Assembly (NCBI GenBank): GCA_964016885.1
Contig: OZ024762.1
Location: 7,006,001-7,070,000, forward strand
DNA length: 64,000 bases
Direction of reading: 5' to 3'
DNA from: Eledone cirrhosa
Lineage: Eukaryota
In this document: one piece after another, positions 27,813 through 42,250 of the stretch
Position numbering within the stretch: the first letter of the stretch is position 1
Layout: every line of letters begins with the position of its first letter
Program-made: the position numbers and the translations under genes
The notes under the pieces: generated by a model
Database searches by the model: none
Seen by the model: only the letters and a program-made list of their open reading frames with translations
What the model was told of the DNA's origin: nothing

Positions 27813-28756
27813 TGAGTAGGTAAAGGATCTACCGCGAGCTCATGTCGTTTCGGCTTGCAAAACTCTCTAGTATCTGAAAGAAGTTACTATCTGAAGCCGC
27901 CTGAGTTCTTGCTCAATCCTCTATCTCCTTGCTCAATCCTCTATCTCACTAATATACCCACTCTGCATCATACCATATCTTCCATTAATACTCGTAGCTC
28001 AACCCCAAAACTAGGGCACCATTAACAGATCCTTTCATTCCATCGAATATCTTCGTAAACATAGAACATTTCTGAACTCTTCAACCTCTTTTGATACACC
28101 AAACCGCCCGAAACTACTTGTAGCCGCCCTTGGTTCTATGGTTTAAAGTGATTATTTTTATCTAAAAACCTTCAATCATAATTTTATAAAAGAGCCTTTA
28201 TAACATTGGCTGAAGGCTAACAATTTGGGGTAGAGGAAACTCGGTTATATCGACCCGAATATTTAACGGATACTTTATTTTATTGACCCCAGAAGGGTAA
28301 AAAGGCAAAGTTTCGATTTGAACTGATAACGAAGGGAGAGTCGTAACTAAGTATTTTGTCCAAATCTCCGCCAATCCATCGCTCTAAAAGCCAACTTAAT
28401 AATGAGATAGTTATATTATGAAATCCAACCAAATTCTTGATTAATTTCAAAATGGTAGGCAATATCCTTTCATTAGTAATATGGTAATGAGAAAATTGGC
28501 TATGTTATTTAATCCAATCATATTTTTGATTTATTTCAAAATTATTTGAAAATGATAAACAATGCCCTTCATTAGGAATATGGTAATGAAAGGGTTAATA
28601 ATGAGAAAGTTAGTTGTATTACTAAATCTCTAAAAATATATTTATTATTTTCGAAATTATTTGAAAATGATAAGCACATATCCTTCATTAGAAACATGGT
28701 AATGAAAGAGTTTATAAAGGGAAAGTTAGTTGTATTAAGAATTCTCTAAAAATATA

Positions 28757-29657
28757 CCGTAAACCGGGTTAGTCAATTTTGAATCTTTTATGCCGATAGC
28801 TCAATTGTTTGTTGACGGATGTTGCTAATATAGAAATAATTCAAAGAAGCCCTAACATATGCAACTTTTGTCAAAAAAATGGTAAAAATATCTTAATTCG
28901 TGTTATAGTTATTGACGGTTATGTTTAGTGTTCAAAGTAACCCGTGTCGTGGCTACTTTGAATACTAGACATAATTATATATTACAGAGTAAAAGGTATA
29001 TTTATAAGACATTTTATTGATATTTTTATTGAAGTATAAATTTCACAGAAATTATGTCAGAAAAGAATATTTAATTGTATATACAACTAATGGAGTAGTA
29101 TAATTATATACTCCTGTGTCCTCGTGAAATTTATGTTGTAAAATTGAATATTCGACAGGGTTAGTGGATGTTCGGCCATATAGTAACCCAGCAAATATAT
29201 AACAATTTCTGCTATATATTATAAATTATTATAATAATAAAAATAATAGACAGTATACAAGAAACAAATATTACAAACAAGGGACATTTTCAAACATTCA
29301 AAGTAGCCTCGATTCTTGGCGTGATTGACAAAAAGTCTGAATTATACGGATTTTGTAGCTGAACCATACATCCAATTGAAATATAATTTACTGAATCAAT
29401 TAAAAACTTATCAAGACTGTATCAAATGTAAAAATATATACAAAACACATTTATTCCGTTGGATCAGACTAAAAGTTAATAGGCTCAATATTTCACCATC
29501 TGTCTGCCGCCTACAAAATTTACATAGTTTTGAAGTCATTTAAACGAAATACTTTCAATGAAAGTTTCGATTTATCAAGGCATCTTTTCCAAAATAATTA
29601 TATCTAAGAAACTATAATGGGATAAAGAGTTTTTATTGTTTTCTTCAAAGTTTACGG
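28757..29657. mobile_element. Non-autonomous TA-targeting (pogo/Tc1-like) DNA transposon
   Basis: TA-CCGTAAAC...GTTTACGG-TA. It splits one unit of a ~105-bp tandem repeat whose neighbouring unit (~28628-28670) shows the empty site. Confidence 0.75.
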
Positions 29658-29777
29658 TATTGATTATTTTAGAAATTATTTGAAAAACTATAGCCAATGT
29701 TTAAAATGTGGTAATGAAAAGGTTAAAACTAGCGAGGATATAATATATACATATATATATATCAGCTAAACACACAT

Positions 29778-29816
<39 letters not shown>

Positions 29817-29857
29817 CCGAGCTGAAGATCCGCATAAGAGGAAACAATTGTTCTCGG
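29817..29857 (+). ncRNA. Minimal type I hammerhead ribozyme, family H
   Basis: CCGAG-CTGAAGA-TCCGCATAAGAG-GAA-ACAATTGT-T-CTCGG; palindromic stem III, weak stem II. Confidence 0.7.
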
Positions 29858-29885
29858 TATGCTGAACTAACTGTTGCGTTACTAC

Positions 29886-29929
<44 letters not shown>

Positions 29930-29930
<1 letters not shown>

Positions 29931-30290
29931 ATGTAGGAGGTGAGTTTTATTGTAGTACAATAAAGCAATGCAGATATCGGATAAGAAGCACTCTACGGTT
30001 TGTAGGACTGGAGTATACATAATATATAAGATCAAAAGATGGTTAAAGGAGTTCCATGTATTTTATTATGCGCATTTCAAAAACAAACATCATCATGCAA
30101 TAATATTTGTGTTTTCATCAGATAAAACAGGATGTTGATTTAAAACTGCACTATCCACAAGTGTTTTTTAGCCTTCATATCATGTTCTCCTGTTTTATCT
30201 GATGAAAACACAAATATTATTGCATGATGATGTTTGTTTTTTGAAATGCGCATAATAAAATACATGGAACTCCTTTAACCATCTTTTGAT

Positions 30291-30295
<5 letters not shown>
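29930..30295 (-). mobile_element. Fold-back HHR element, family B (two outward-facing HHRs)
   Basis: ~110-bp inverted arms 30023-30132 and 30188-30298 with a ~55-bp spacer; (TA)n flanks. Confidence 0.8.
30191..30262 (+). ncRNA. Type I hammerhead ribozyme, family B (mirror on - strand at 30059-30129)
   Basis: TGTTTTAT-CTGATGA-long stem II (ACAAATATTAT/ATGATGTTTGT)-GAA-ATGCGCAT-A-ATAAAATA. Confidence 0.8.
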
Positions 30296-30325
<30 letters not shown>

Positions 30326-30327
<2 letters not shown>

Positions 30328-30509
30328 CGAAGGAAATGTGGTAAGGAACCAGGTGGACCATAACGCACCAAAGTACTCAATACTTAGGGTAGTAGAGTGG
30401 GTAATAGGAACGAGTAGGACCCCGACGGCTGAGCTCAAGCCGTTTCGATGGCTAATTCTGGATTAGCCGTCGAAACGGCTTGAGCTCAGCCGTCGGGGTC
30501 CTACTCGTT

Positions 30510-30513
<4 letters not shown>
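30326..30513 (-). mobile_element. Fold-back element, family E
   Basis: Arms 30405-30459 and 30462-30513. The + arm reads GAA-ACGGCT TGAGCTC AGCCGT-C-GGGGTCC. Confidence 0.85.
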
Positions 30514-30557
<44 letters not shown>

Positions 30558-30997
30558 CAATCCAATCCAAGGCGTTGGAGGAACTCCTGCTTGATTCACC
30601 TCCGTCGCTTTCTCTTTGGTTTTGGTCATGACTTTAGGGGTGCAGCCTTGCGCAACACACTTGACCAATTGCAAGTTGATGAGGCTATTTAACCCATGGC
30701 TAGGGTAGTTGACCTTTCACTCTTAGGAGTCCATCCACCCATTTAACAGCTTTCTTTTTTGGGGGGTGGGGGGGTCTGTAATCATGTGACCTACCTAGTA
30801 GGTCATGTGATCTGTTGTCATGGCCTACCTAGTAGATGATGTGATCTGTTGTCACGTGACATACTTAGTATGTCATGTGACCGTCCTAGTATATCAAGTG
30901 CTGCCCTCTATGTGGACTCTCCCATTGTGTGTAGAGATTTTTTTGTGTGAGGGAGAGGGAGGGTAAGACTAAAAACAAACCATAAATTTGTGAGAGG

Positions 30998-31328
30998 AAA
31001 TGTGTAGCAAATGTATAGTAAATGTGTAGCAAATGTTGTAAATGTGTAGTAAATGTGTAGCAAATGTTGTAAATGTGTAGCAAATGTTGTAAATGTGTAG
31101 TAAATGTGTAGCAAATGTTGTAAATGTGTAGCAAATGTTGTAAATGTGTAGTAAATGTGTAGCAAATGTTGTAAATGTGTAGTAAATGTGTAGCAAATGT
31201 TGTAAATGTGTAGTAATGTGTAGTAAATGTGTAGCAAATGTTGTAAATGTGTAGTAAATGTGTAGCAAATGTTGTAAATGTGTAGCAAATGTTGTAAATG
31301 TGTAGTAGATGTTGTAAATGCGTTGTAA
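30998..31328. repeat. 9-11-bp unit minisatellite
   Basis: AAATGTGTAG(C/T) and AAATGTTGT mixed. Confidence 0.95.
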
Positions 31329-31751
31329 ACAAATCTTCTCTATAAATAAATGACTAAGTGTAATTATCTGGGACACGAGGTGGGTGGAGTGTGACCTGAT
31401 ATACTTTATTGTTTAGAATGATGGCCTTTTACATTATATTTCTAGCATGTTCCAGCTGATTTGTGGAGCAGGGATTGGGTGGGAGGTGGTGTTTGTGGGG
31501 GGGGGGGTGACTAACGTTGGCAGTAAGGGGTTGGAGGATTCTATGGGTGGCAGTGAGGTGTGGTGTTGCAGGGTAAATATTTGACATTGCAGAATAAATG
31601 ACATTTCTTGTCAACATGCTAAACAGTTAGAGTTTATAGATGGGAAATACTGTTTCACTTCGTGTGTCTATGTGTATAAATTTGTGTGTATATATATGTG
31701 TATGTTTGTGGCTATATATATATGTGTGTGTGTATATGTGTATGTTTGTGG

Positions 31752-31784
<33 letters not shown>

Positions 31785-32139
31785 AATATGTGTATGTATA
31801 TAAGCATGTGTTTGTATGTGTGTATATATATATGTGTCTATGCTTGTGTTTATATGTCTATATATATAACATGACCGACTGAACTTCTTATATAGCAATG
31901 TTCAACAGTTTTACGAGCAATAGAGACCTGAATAGACCTGTCCCCCCGTCCCCCCAAAGAAGTTATTTTTTCGTTTTTACCACCGCTCACCCTCCTCTAT
32001 CTTTCTATTGCTTCTTTAATTTATCATCCTATTTTCTAATGAAGGACTATCGTCCGAAACGTTAAGACTCTTTTCCTTCTATATCAAGTGTAAAACTAAT
32101 AGATTTTTCTTCATTGTACTGTGTTTGCTTTATTATTTC

Positions 32140-32322
32140 TATTGGCAGTATCGGTAGAGGATCGGATGCCATGCTTTGAAGCATAGAGTTACCTCCCTGT
32201 ATGATCTGAGTTCAAATCCCGCCGAGGTTAACTTTGCCTTTCATCCTTCCGGGGTCGATAGAATAAAGTACCAGTAATGCACTGGGTAATTGCTGGCCTT
32301 GTGCCTAAAGTAGAAACAATTA
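32140..32322 (+). mobile_element. Dominant-family SINE
   Basis: A and B boxes, central domain and 3' GTAGAAACAATTATT. Confidence 0.85.
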
Positions 32323-32337
32323 TTTCTGTTTGCCTTT

Positions 32338-32378
<41 letters not shown>

Positions 32379-32446
32379 TCATCATCACCGTTTTACGTCC
32401 GTTCTTCTATGCTAGCATGGGTTTTATATATATATTTATATATATA

Positions 32447-32533
<87 letters not shown>

Positions 32534-32560
32534 CTGTATATATATATATATGTATATATA

Positions 32561-32605
<45 letters not shown>

Positions 32606-32642
32606 GTGTGTGTGTATATATATATATATGTATATATATATG

Positions 32643-32677
<35 letters not shown>

Positions 32678-32692
32678 GTATATATATGTGTG

Positions 32693-32731
<39 letters not shown>

Positions 32732-33299
32732 GTGTGTATCATAGAACCAGGGGCAGTTTAAGAGAGTTTGGTATCATAAAACCAGGAAACGGGTATGTAT
32801 GAAGAGTGTTTGGCTGTTTGCTTTCAAAGGGGTTAAGGCTAGATGTGGGAATTTTTCGAGTTGAAAAAGGAAAAGTGTGAGGATTTCATTTCCCTGTTCC
32901 TCACCTGTCTAAGATTTCTGATTGAAATGTTTCTGTTGAAAGGTAGTGGGTTGATCAATCAGTGTGATAGCCTATATTCTAAATATAGGGGCAACTCTTA
33001 AACATTCAACACACTTCCTTCCTCATCCTTTGTAAAACAATCTAGAATGATCTATGGTATTTCACTGAATTTCCTCTAAATAGATTCTCATATCTTTTTG
33101 TTCTTTTATCTTTCTTTTTTTTTCATTTTTTCTCGATTTTTTTTTAAATTGTTTTTTATTATTTGTTTTTCTATTTCTTTGTTATTTGATGTGGTTTTAC
33201 ATTTGTTGTTGTTTTGTTTTTAAATATGTTTTTATGAGTCTAGCTCTTCACAACACCTCCTATATGTTAACTATAACTATTTCATACGAGGCATGCTAT

Positions 33300-33405
<106 letters not shown>

Positions 33406-34055
33406 ATATTATATATATATTATATATATATATATTATATATATATTATATATATATATATTATATATATATTATATATATATATATATATTATATATAT
33501 TATATATATTATATATATATATATTATATATATATATATTATATATATATATATTATATATATATATATTATATATATATATATTATATATATATTATAT
33601 ATATATTATATATATATATATATTATATATATAGAGTAATCTAAATGTTATGTGAGATATTATATGAGGTAAAGCCTTTACTGTGAAAATATAGTATATA
33701 TATAGAGTAATATGAATGCTAAAGGGTTAAATCAACACCAGTATATAACTGGTTCTTTAATTTATCAACCCTATATGGATAAAATGCAAAATTGACCATG
33801 GTGTGATTTGAACTGAGAATGCACAGAGCTAGGAGTAAGAACGTAATGATATTAATACCTTATGTGCTAATGACTCTGCCAATTTACTGCCTGTTGTCTA
33901 TAATTAAAGAATATTGGTTGGGGTGGATGGATAAGTTTATTTTGTTAATACTCCTGGTGAATTTAGAAAACCGTCTTGAATTCCTGCATTCATTCCCAGG
34001 AATGGAGTGTGTTGGTGTGTTTATAGTGTATGAAGGAATTTATGTACGTATGCAT

Positions 34056-34188
<133 letters not shown>

Positions 34189-34343
34189 TAAATATATATA
34201 TATATACATATACATATATATATATATACAAATACAAATATATATATATATATATACAAATATATACATATACAAATATATATATATACATATACAAATA
34301 TATATATATATATATACATATACAAATATATATATATACATAT

Positions 34344-34398
<55 letters not shown>

Positions 34399-34456
34399 AA
34401 TATATATTATATATATATATTATATATATATATATATTATATATATATATATATAT

Positions 34457-34535
<79 letters not shown>

Positions 34536-34655
34536 CAAATATATATATATATAGCAAAGGAAAGAAAAGATGTAAAATGATTATAAAAATATGTTAAGTG
34601 TTGTTAATGATGATGATGATATACTTATATTTATGTATAATTTTTATGTGTGTGC

Positions 34656-34709
<54 letters not shown>

Positions 34710-35120
34710 TTCCACATATATACACATTGATTCACTTATAGACAGATAAAGTGCGTAGTTGCACACACACACACACAGACACACACAGACACACACACAA
34801 ACACACAGAGACACACAGACACACACACAGACACATACTCAGAGAAACCCAAACTTTCATATATACATAAATTAGAATTTGAAAGTGATTAAAACCTGCA
34901 GACCCTATCCCCAACCCTCCTGCTACATGCATCATTAATTATATTGAGTATCGTATTACATGTAGCTTTGAACATTGCGTCAGTTGCACTCTTGCACCTC
35001 TGCTGGTGCAGCAAGTAATGACATCAGTGGCCATGTGATGTTTTGCTGCAGAAATGTTGAACCAGGTGAGGGTTGCAGAATTATATAATTCACTCTCTTG
35101 ATCTTTGACTAGTTTCTACC

Positions 35121-35154
<34 letters not shown>

Positions 35155-35157
<3 letters not shown>

Positions 35158-35347
35158 GTTATTCCGGGTTGAATCGGAGGTAACCACAGTAAGTAAGGTA
35201 CTCAATACATAGCAGAGTATAACAGTTTTAATATAGATGAGATTCTACAGGACTAGAACTGTTTCATTCATTAGAAATCATCAGGAATTCCTGATGATTT
35301 CTAATGAATGAAACAGTTCTAGTCCTGTAGAATCTCATCTATATTAA

Positions 35348-35351
<4 letters not shown>
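35155..35351 (-). mobile_element. Fold-back HHR element, family D, with a complete HHR on each strand
   Basis: Perfect palindrome centred on GGAATTCC (35284-35291), embedded in (TA)n. Confidence 0.85.
35287..35333 (+). ncRNA. Type I hammerhead ribozyme (mirror copy on - strand at 35242-35288)
   Basis: ATTC-CTGATGA-T TTC TAAT GAA T-GAA-ACAG TTCTAGTC CTGT-A-GAAT; GUA site. Confidence 0.75.
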
Positions 35352-35424
<73 letters not shown>

Positions 35425-35473
35425 ATAAGTAAATGCGAAGTAGTTTCAGATGTTCAAGTCCTTTAATAATAAT

Positions 35474-35547
35474 GCTGTGATATATATTTCAATGACGACA
35501 CTGGCCACACTGTTCTGTGTGCGAGTGTCGTGACATCATCAGACAGC
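35474..35547 (-). ncRNA. Type I hammerhead ribozyme, family J
   Basis: - strand: GCTGT-CTGATGA-long stem II (ACGACACT..CACAC/GTGTG..AGTGTCGT)-GAA-ATATATAT-C-ACAGC; AUC site. Confidence 0.78.
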
Positions 35548-35756
35548 TTGTTACAGAATAAGGTTATGTTTCCGAAGCAATCCAAGTTGAATCGACATGG
35601 GAACGGACGAAGTGTGTGCTTTTGGGTTCTTCATCCGTTCCCCTGTCAGTACCAATTCACCCCCACCGGTCTGCGCAGAAACGGGTGGGTTTGAATTGGA
35701 AAAAAATGTCTTTAGATAAAAATAACAGGTCCATTCGTGTTGACAGATAAACATAT

Positions 35757-35872
35757 AAGGGCTTATGCCCGAAACGTCGTCCCCCACCAACACCCCACTC
35801 TCCAGAGCGTGAAATTAATAAACATTTGTTGTACTGCCTCTCTGTTTTGTCCCTGTTCAAATTTTTCCATTA
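35757..35872 (+). mobile_element. Pseudo-LTR fragment starting with an HHR 3' half (reverse copy of the tail at 10851-10941)
   Basis: AA-GGGC TTAT GCCC-GAAACGTC, then AATAAA. A matching 5' half CTGATGAAGGGCTTATG lies on the - strand at ~27731-27747. Confidence 0.55.
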
Positions 35873-35958
<86 letters not shown>

Positions 35959-36346
35959 GTTATAGTATTATTCAATTGCTGTTTGTGTAATCAATTAATT
36001 TGATTGTTCAACAAGAATCAAAGACCACTTACAATAGTGTTTTACTCAATGGACGAATTATTCCTATTGGTAGATCCTGTGGTAGCTTTACTCTAGGTTC
36101 CAAGTGTAACAATTTGTGGAGTCTATATAGAAATTTACAAAATTATTATTTAAAACATCACAATTCGTTGTGACTACATATGATTATTCAAGTAGTTGGA
36201 TTCGATTTAATTTGATTAAAATAATCAAATATTAGTGATCCAAGACTGATATGTAATACATATGATGAAACATGTGTCAGTATTACACAATAAATGATAT
36301 TCCCACTCTTCTGGATTATGATGTTCAAAATAATAATATTGTAAAT

Positions 36347-36380
<34 letters not shown>

Positions 36381-36477
36381 CTCTCTCTATCTATCTATCT
36401 CTCTCTATCTATCTATCTCTCTCTATCTATCTATCTCTCTCTCTCTATCTCTCTCTCTCTCTCTCTCTCTATCTCTA

Positions 36478-36550
<73 letters not shown>

Positions 36551-36597
36551 ATCTCTATCTCTATCTCTCTATCTCTATCTCTCTATCTATCTCTCTA

Positions 36598-36702
<105 letters not shown>

Positions 36703-36705
36703 ATC

Positions 36706-36736
<31 letters not shown>

Positions 36737-36762
36737 ATCTCTATCTCTCTCATATATATATA

Positions 36763-36945
36763 TAGAAGTAGTTCCACAACAGTTAGTTCACCATACCATG
36801 AACAAATGTTTCACCTTATGTGGATCCTCAGCTCAGCCGAGGTATGGTGAACTAACTGTTGTGTTACCACTTCTACCAAACTCGTCCCAAGGACTGAGTG
36901 CTCTACTACTATGGATATAACCCTCCCTCCAGTGTTCTACTATTA
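36763..36945 (+). mobile_element. Fold-back HHR element, family H
   Basis: Inverted arms 36763-36797 and 36840-36875. The - strand HHR (36796-36836) reads CTGAGGA-TCCACATAAGGT-GAA-ACATTTGT-T. Homologous to 29817-29889. Confidence 0.65.
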
Positions 36946-37709
36946 TATATATATATATGGTGGCTGCCAACTCGTTTTCGAGTACGGCCACTACTTTATA
37001 TCCATGTAGGAGAACTTGTACCGATGCGCTGAACGAGTGTGACTTTTTAGTCCAGCCAGCGACTTGAAAACTCTGGTACAAACACTACACTTGTGACAAT
37101 TATTGACACATAGTGCTGGGCCCATGATACCATGTGATGACAAGTACAGAGAGATCTCCAGATATAAAGCAATGCCTGTGCCGTGAAGCTTTTATAGTGA
37201 GCAAAGGCACTGCACAAAGCCAGTCCCACTCTCTTAACCAAGATGATATTTACCAAAAAGAAGAACAAGTCAACATCATTGGAAACCATCAGGGTTGCAG
37301 GTGTTATATCAGAGTTTTCCTTCTCCTAGAATTCTGCCTTGACAAAGGCTAAGGGGTCATTTCTCCCGGTGATTTTGGATGGCCATTGACTCTTAAGAGC
37401 TCCTTTGCCCTTTGACAGGTTTTGTTTTTAGTCCTGCAGGATGTCCAAAGTCACCCTCCTCACCAAGAAACCTTATACCTACATACATACATATGTATAT
37501 GTATATATATATACTCACAGATATGGGCTTCTGCCCATCTACCAAATTCTAATAACTCCTAGGTAAGGGTCAACCTGATGTGATAGTAGGTAGATGCCGC
37601 CATGTAGTAGAATTGAACCCACAATCACATGGTTGGGAAGTAAACCCCTTAACTACACAGCCATCCTTGCCTCCTGCATCTATGAATAAAATACTAAATA
37701 AATGAAAAT

Positions 37710-38225
37710 AATGGTTTCGGATTTAGGCACTAAGGCAACATTTTTGTTGAGGAGGGGAAATTTAATTAAATCAACCTCTGTGTATTACTGATACTTTATT
37801 CCATTGACTCTGTAAGGATGAAAAGCAAAGCTAATCTCTGAACATAAAGGGACGTAAAGCACTGCCCCTAAATATATATATAAAAATAATTGTTTCTACT
37901 TATGGCACAAGGCCAGCAATTGTCCCAGTGTATTACTGGTACTTTATTTCATTGACTCTGTAAGGATGAAAAGCAAAGCTAATCTCAGAACATAAAGGGA
38001 CGTAAAGCACTGCCCCTAAATATATATATAAAAATAATTGTTTCTACTTATGGCACAAGGCCAGCAATTGTTCCAGTGTATTACTGGTACTTTATTTTAT
38101 CAACCATGTAAGGATGAAAGGCAAAGTTAACCTCGGTGGGATTTGAACTCAGGCCGTAAAGGGACTTAACTATGTTGGAGCATGGTGTCCGACCCTCCAC
38201 CGATACTGCCAATCCACCGCCCTTA
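37710..38225 (-). mobile_element. SINE cluster with ~160-bp tandem duplication
   Basis: ~37780-37935 is repeated at ~37930-38090; full SINE at 38035-38223. Confidence 0.8.
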
Positions 38226-38549
38226 TATATAAAAATCTGTGGGTGGGGTTGGTGTTGGGGTTGGTGTTGGGGTTCTGATGGGGTTTATTTCTATTTTCAA
38301 AACTGTTCTCTCCACAGCATCACCACAAACTCCAGCTGTTTTTCATATTTAGCCTATTACCATACCTTTTTTCTTTACATCTTGTTACCGGGGACAACCA
38401 AGCAAATAACAACAACAACAACAACACATCAACACATCACACATCACACACACACACCTTTGTATCATCATCATGATCATGTACGAAACACATCCCAGAA
38501 AAATGTTTCTTTTAAGATGTATGTATATATATCTTGAGAGAGAGAGAGA

Positions 38550-38625
38550 GAGAGACTGACAGAGATAGGAGAGAGAAAGTAAGAGAGGCAAAGAGAGAGA
38601 GACAGTGAGAAAGATGATAATAGTC

Positions 38626-38662
<37 letters not shown>

Positions 38663-39123
38663 CTGACAGAGATAGGAAAGAGAAAGTAAGAGAGGCAAAG
38701 AGAGAGAGAGACTGACAGATAGGAGAGAGAAAGTAAGAGAGGCAAAGAGAGAGAGAGACTGACAGAGATAGGAGAGAGAAAGTAAGAGAGGCAAAGAGAG
38801 AAAGAGACTGACAGAGATAGGAGAGAAAAAGTAAGAGAGGCAAAGAGAGAAAGAGACTGACAGAGATAGGAGAGAGAAAGTAAGAGAGGCAAAGAGAGAA
38901 AGAGACTGACAGAGATAGGAGAGAGAAAGTAAGAGAGGCAAAGAGAGAGAGAGACTGACAGAGATAGGAGAGAGAAAGTAAGAGAGGCAAAGAGAGAAAG
39001 AGACTGACAGAGATAGGAGAGAGAAAGTAAGAGAGGCAAAGAGAGAAAGAGACTGACAGAGATAGGAGAAAGAAAGTAAGAGAGGCAAAGAGAGAGAGAC
39101 AGTGAGAAAGATGATAATAGTCG

Positions 39124-39125
<2 letters not shown>
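38550..39125. repeat. ~50-bp purine-rich minisatellite
   Basis: GACTGACAGAGATAGGAGAGAGAAAGTAAGAGAGGCAAAGAGAGA, about 10 copies. Confidence 0.95.
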
Positions 39126-39156
<31 letters not shown>

Positions 39157-39350
39157 GGGGGGGGGGCTAAATATAACTGGGTATATCCTGTAGGTAAAGA
39201 AGATGTGGAAGCAGCAGCTAGAGCAGAGAAACCTTCCTTTGATGTGATGGTGTCTCTCTCTTAGTTAAGAAACTGTGAGAAAGAGGAGGGACCTATAAAT
39301 AGCTTACTGAAGGAATTTACCTTTTCATTATATATAATTATGTGTGTGTG

Positions 39351-39384
<34 letters not shown>

Positions 39385-39582
39385 TGCATATCCATACACA
39401 CACATACATATATATATATATATACATATACACACATACACATGGACATTATATGTACGTATATATATATATATATGCAGAGGTTATATTTAATTTGTTG
39501 GGATTCAACAAGCTTAAAAATGTTTATAACTGATATAAAGCACTCAACAGTTAGTGGAGTAAATATATATATATATATATAT

Positions 39583-39776
39583 AGGAAAATGTATGACCCC
39601 GACGGCACAGCTGAAGCCATTTTGACGGCTATTTCAGTCCAGAAATAGCCGTCGAAATGGCTTCAGCTCTGCCGTCGGGGTCATACATTTTCCTATTTCC
39701 CACTCTACTACCCTAAGTATTGAGTACTCTGGTGCGTTATGGTCCATCTGGCTCCTTACTACAACTTCTTCATTAT
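39583..39776 (+). mobile_element. Fold-back element, family E
   Basis: Same layout with the long arm on the right; bulged hairpin at 39702-39725. Confidence 0.8.
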
Positions 39777-39997
39777 ATTATATACATATATGTATATATG
39801 TTTATCCCAGGTTCAATCGGGAGTAACCACAGTAAGTAAGGTACTCAATACATAGCAGAGTATAAATATTTAATATAGGAAAAGGGAGGAAAGTTCTATA
39901 AAAAACAGAGGTTATAGAGAAAAATAGAATTGGAAAGAGCATGGAAAATATATTTAAAGAATCTGTTTTTCTTTTTTTCTTTAATCTGTCAAAGTGA

Positions 39998-40323
39998 CAT
40001 TAACTTTGCCTTTCATCCTTACGGGGGTCGATAAAATAAAGTACCAGTAATACACTGGGGTAATTGCTGGCCTTGTGCCAAAGGTAGAAACAATTATTAA
40101 ACTCCTTTTTATTTAAAAAATTGTTTTTCAATAATTGTTTCTACTTTTGGCACAAGGCCAGCAATTATCCCAGTACATTACTGGTACTTTATTTTATCGA
40201 CCCCGTAAGGATGAAAGGCAAAGTTAACCCCGGCGGGATTTGAACTCAGAATGGCAAGGGCCGTAACTCTATGCGTCAAAGCATGGCATCCGACCCTCTA
40301 CCGATACTGCCAATCCACCACCT
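39998..40323. mobile_element. Inverted pair of dominant-family SINEs
   Basis: 39998-40095 (+) and 40132-40323 (-). Confidence 0.85.
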
Positions 40324-41111
40324 TGTATTTCAATAATGTCACTTTGACGGATCAAAGAAAAAAAAAAAGAAAAACAGGTTCTTTAAATATATTTTCAAAT
40401 ATTTGTAGTATCTTTACCAGTGGACAGATAGTTGTGAGAATTTGTAGTTTTTATGTGATACAGTCATGGTGCTGCTTTGTACTTTTCAAAAATGTCTTGT
40501 TAATGTGGTTTGATGACGGTAAGAGCTAAGGTTCACTAAGGTATGTCTCTGAGGTCTGTGCCCTAGGTGGCTGCCTAATTGACCTTAATGGTGGCACAAT
40601 AATACAAATTTGTATGAAACTGTGATCCTTTAAGGTTCAGTAATGTACCTCTCTGAAGTGTGTGCCCTATCTGGCTGGCTAATTGGCTGTAAGGGCAGCA
40701 CCAATCCTGGCTGTTGTTGTTATTGATGTTATTTAGACTCAAGTCAGTGATTAAGGTTCACTAATGCACTTATAATATGAGATCTTCACCCTTAATGGTA
40801 GCACAATTATTCAAATTTGTATCAAACTGTGATTCTTTAAGGCTCAGTAATGTACCTCTCTGAGGTTTACACCCTAGGTGGCTGGCTGGCTAGTTCACCT
40901 TCATGGTAGCAGCAGGGCCCTGAATGTAAAGAAAGTGTTTTAATTTTCCAGTTTGCTGAAGGTCACAGGAGACAAGTTAAATTAGAAGCTGGAATATAAC
41001 AGGGATAACAGCTGGTTCTATAGAACTGCTGTGCTGTTAGAGGTGATGCCGATCTTTTAAATTAGGTAGTTGAAAAGAATATCAAAAGCAGCTGAAATGG
41101 TAAAAGATATG

Positions 41112-41145
<34 letters not shown>

Positions 41146-42164
41146 CAAAGGTATACAATGTTATATCTTTTGCCAGGGAGCGCAAGGTAAGAAAATCATG
41201 TTGAACAGAGAGGATTTTGTACAGAAAATATGTATGTATTGTTTAACGTTTATTTTTCCATGCTTGCATGGGTTAGACAGAATATATATATATATATATA
41301 TACAATGTGGTCTACCTTTCGTGGTAGGATCTCTAACTGCTATAGATCAGTCAATATATCAATATGATCAACCGTCCGAAACGATCGTAAAAACAATGAA
41401 AGGAATATGCAAAATAACTTGCCTTTGTTATTATTATCATTGTTAAACTAATATCTAATATCTATATTTCTATCATCATCATCATCATCAATGTTTAACG
41501 TCTATCTTCCACGCTAGCATGGGTTTAGATGGGAATTGCCCTACTTGAGGCAAGATTGGTTGGGTGACCATGTCTCACTCGTATAGGGTTGTCTGGCAGG
41601 TTTTCTACAGCTGGATGCCCTTCCTAACACCAACCACATTTACAGTGTGGGGCTGGGAGGTTTTTACCGTGTTGCCTACACGGCCACATTACAGCGTGGA
41701 CTGTGTGTTTTGTTTGTCGTGACACCTACACCATATATATATATCTAAACAAATGTATCTCGAATATTGTGTTTGACACGAGAGTGTATTAGAATTCATA
41801 TTGTAATTGCAAGAACTCAGTGCAAGGAAGTTGCTAAAACAGCAAAATTCCGTCAATAGTGGCAGTGGGTAAAATTTACCTCAAAGGATAGAAATCAGTG
41901 GCTACAAGTGTGTTGGCCTGCAGAAGTGATAGAAAAAAATGAGAAAGGGATAAAATTGATGAGAGGGGATCTCACAAACATTAAATTTTCTCATCAGCTA
42001 TTAGACTGCCTGTGGTTTTGACGATTTAACTAAAAGGACCATGTAATAGATGGCTCATAACAATGGAGAAATAAATAGCTCTGTTAGTATAATGTTTGTG
42101 GGAGAAACAGAGATTGATAGGCAGATGGACATGTCAGAGAGAGAGAAGAATGAAGTGCATCCAC

Positions 42165-42250
<86 letters not shown>

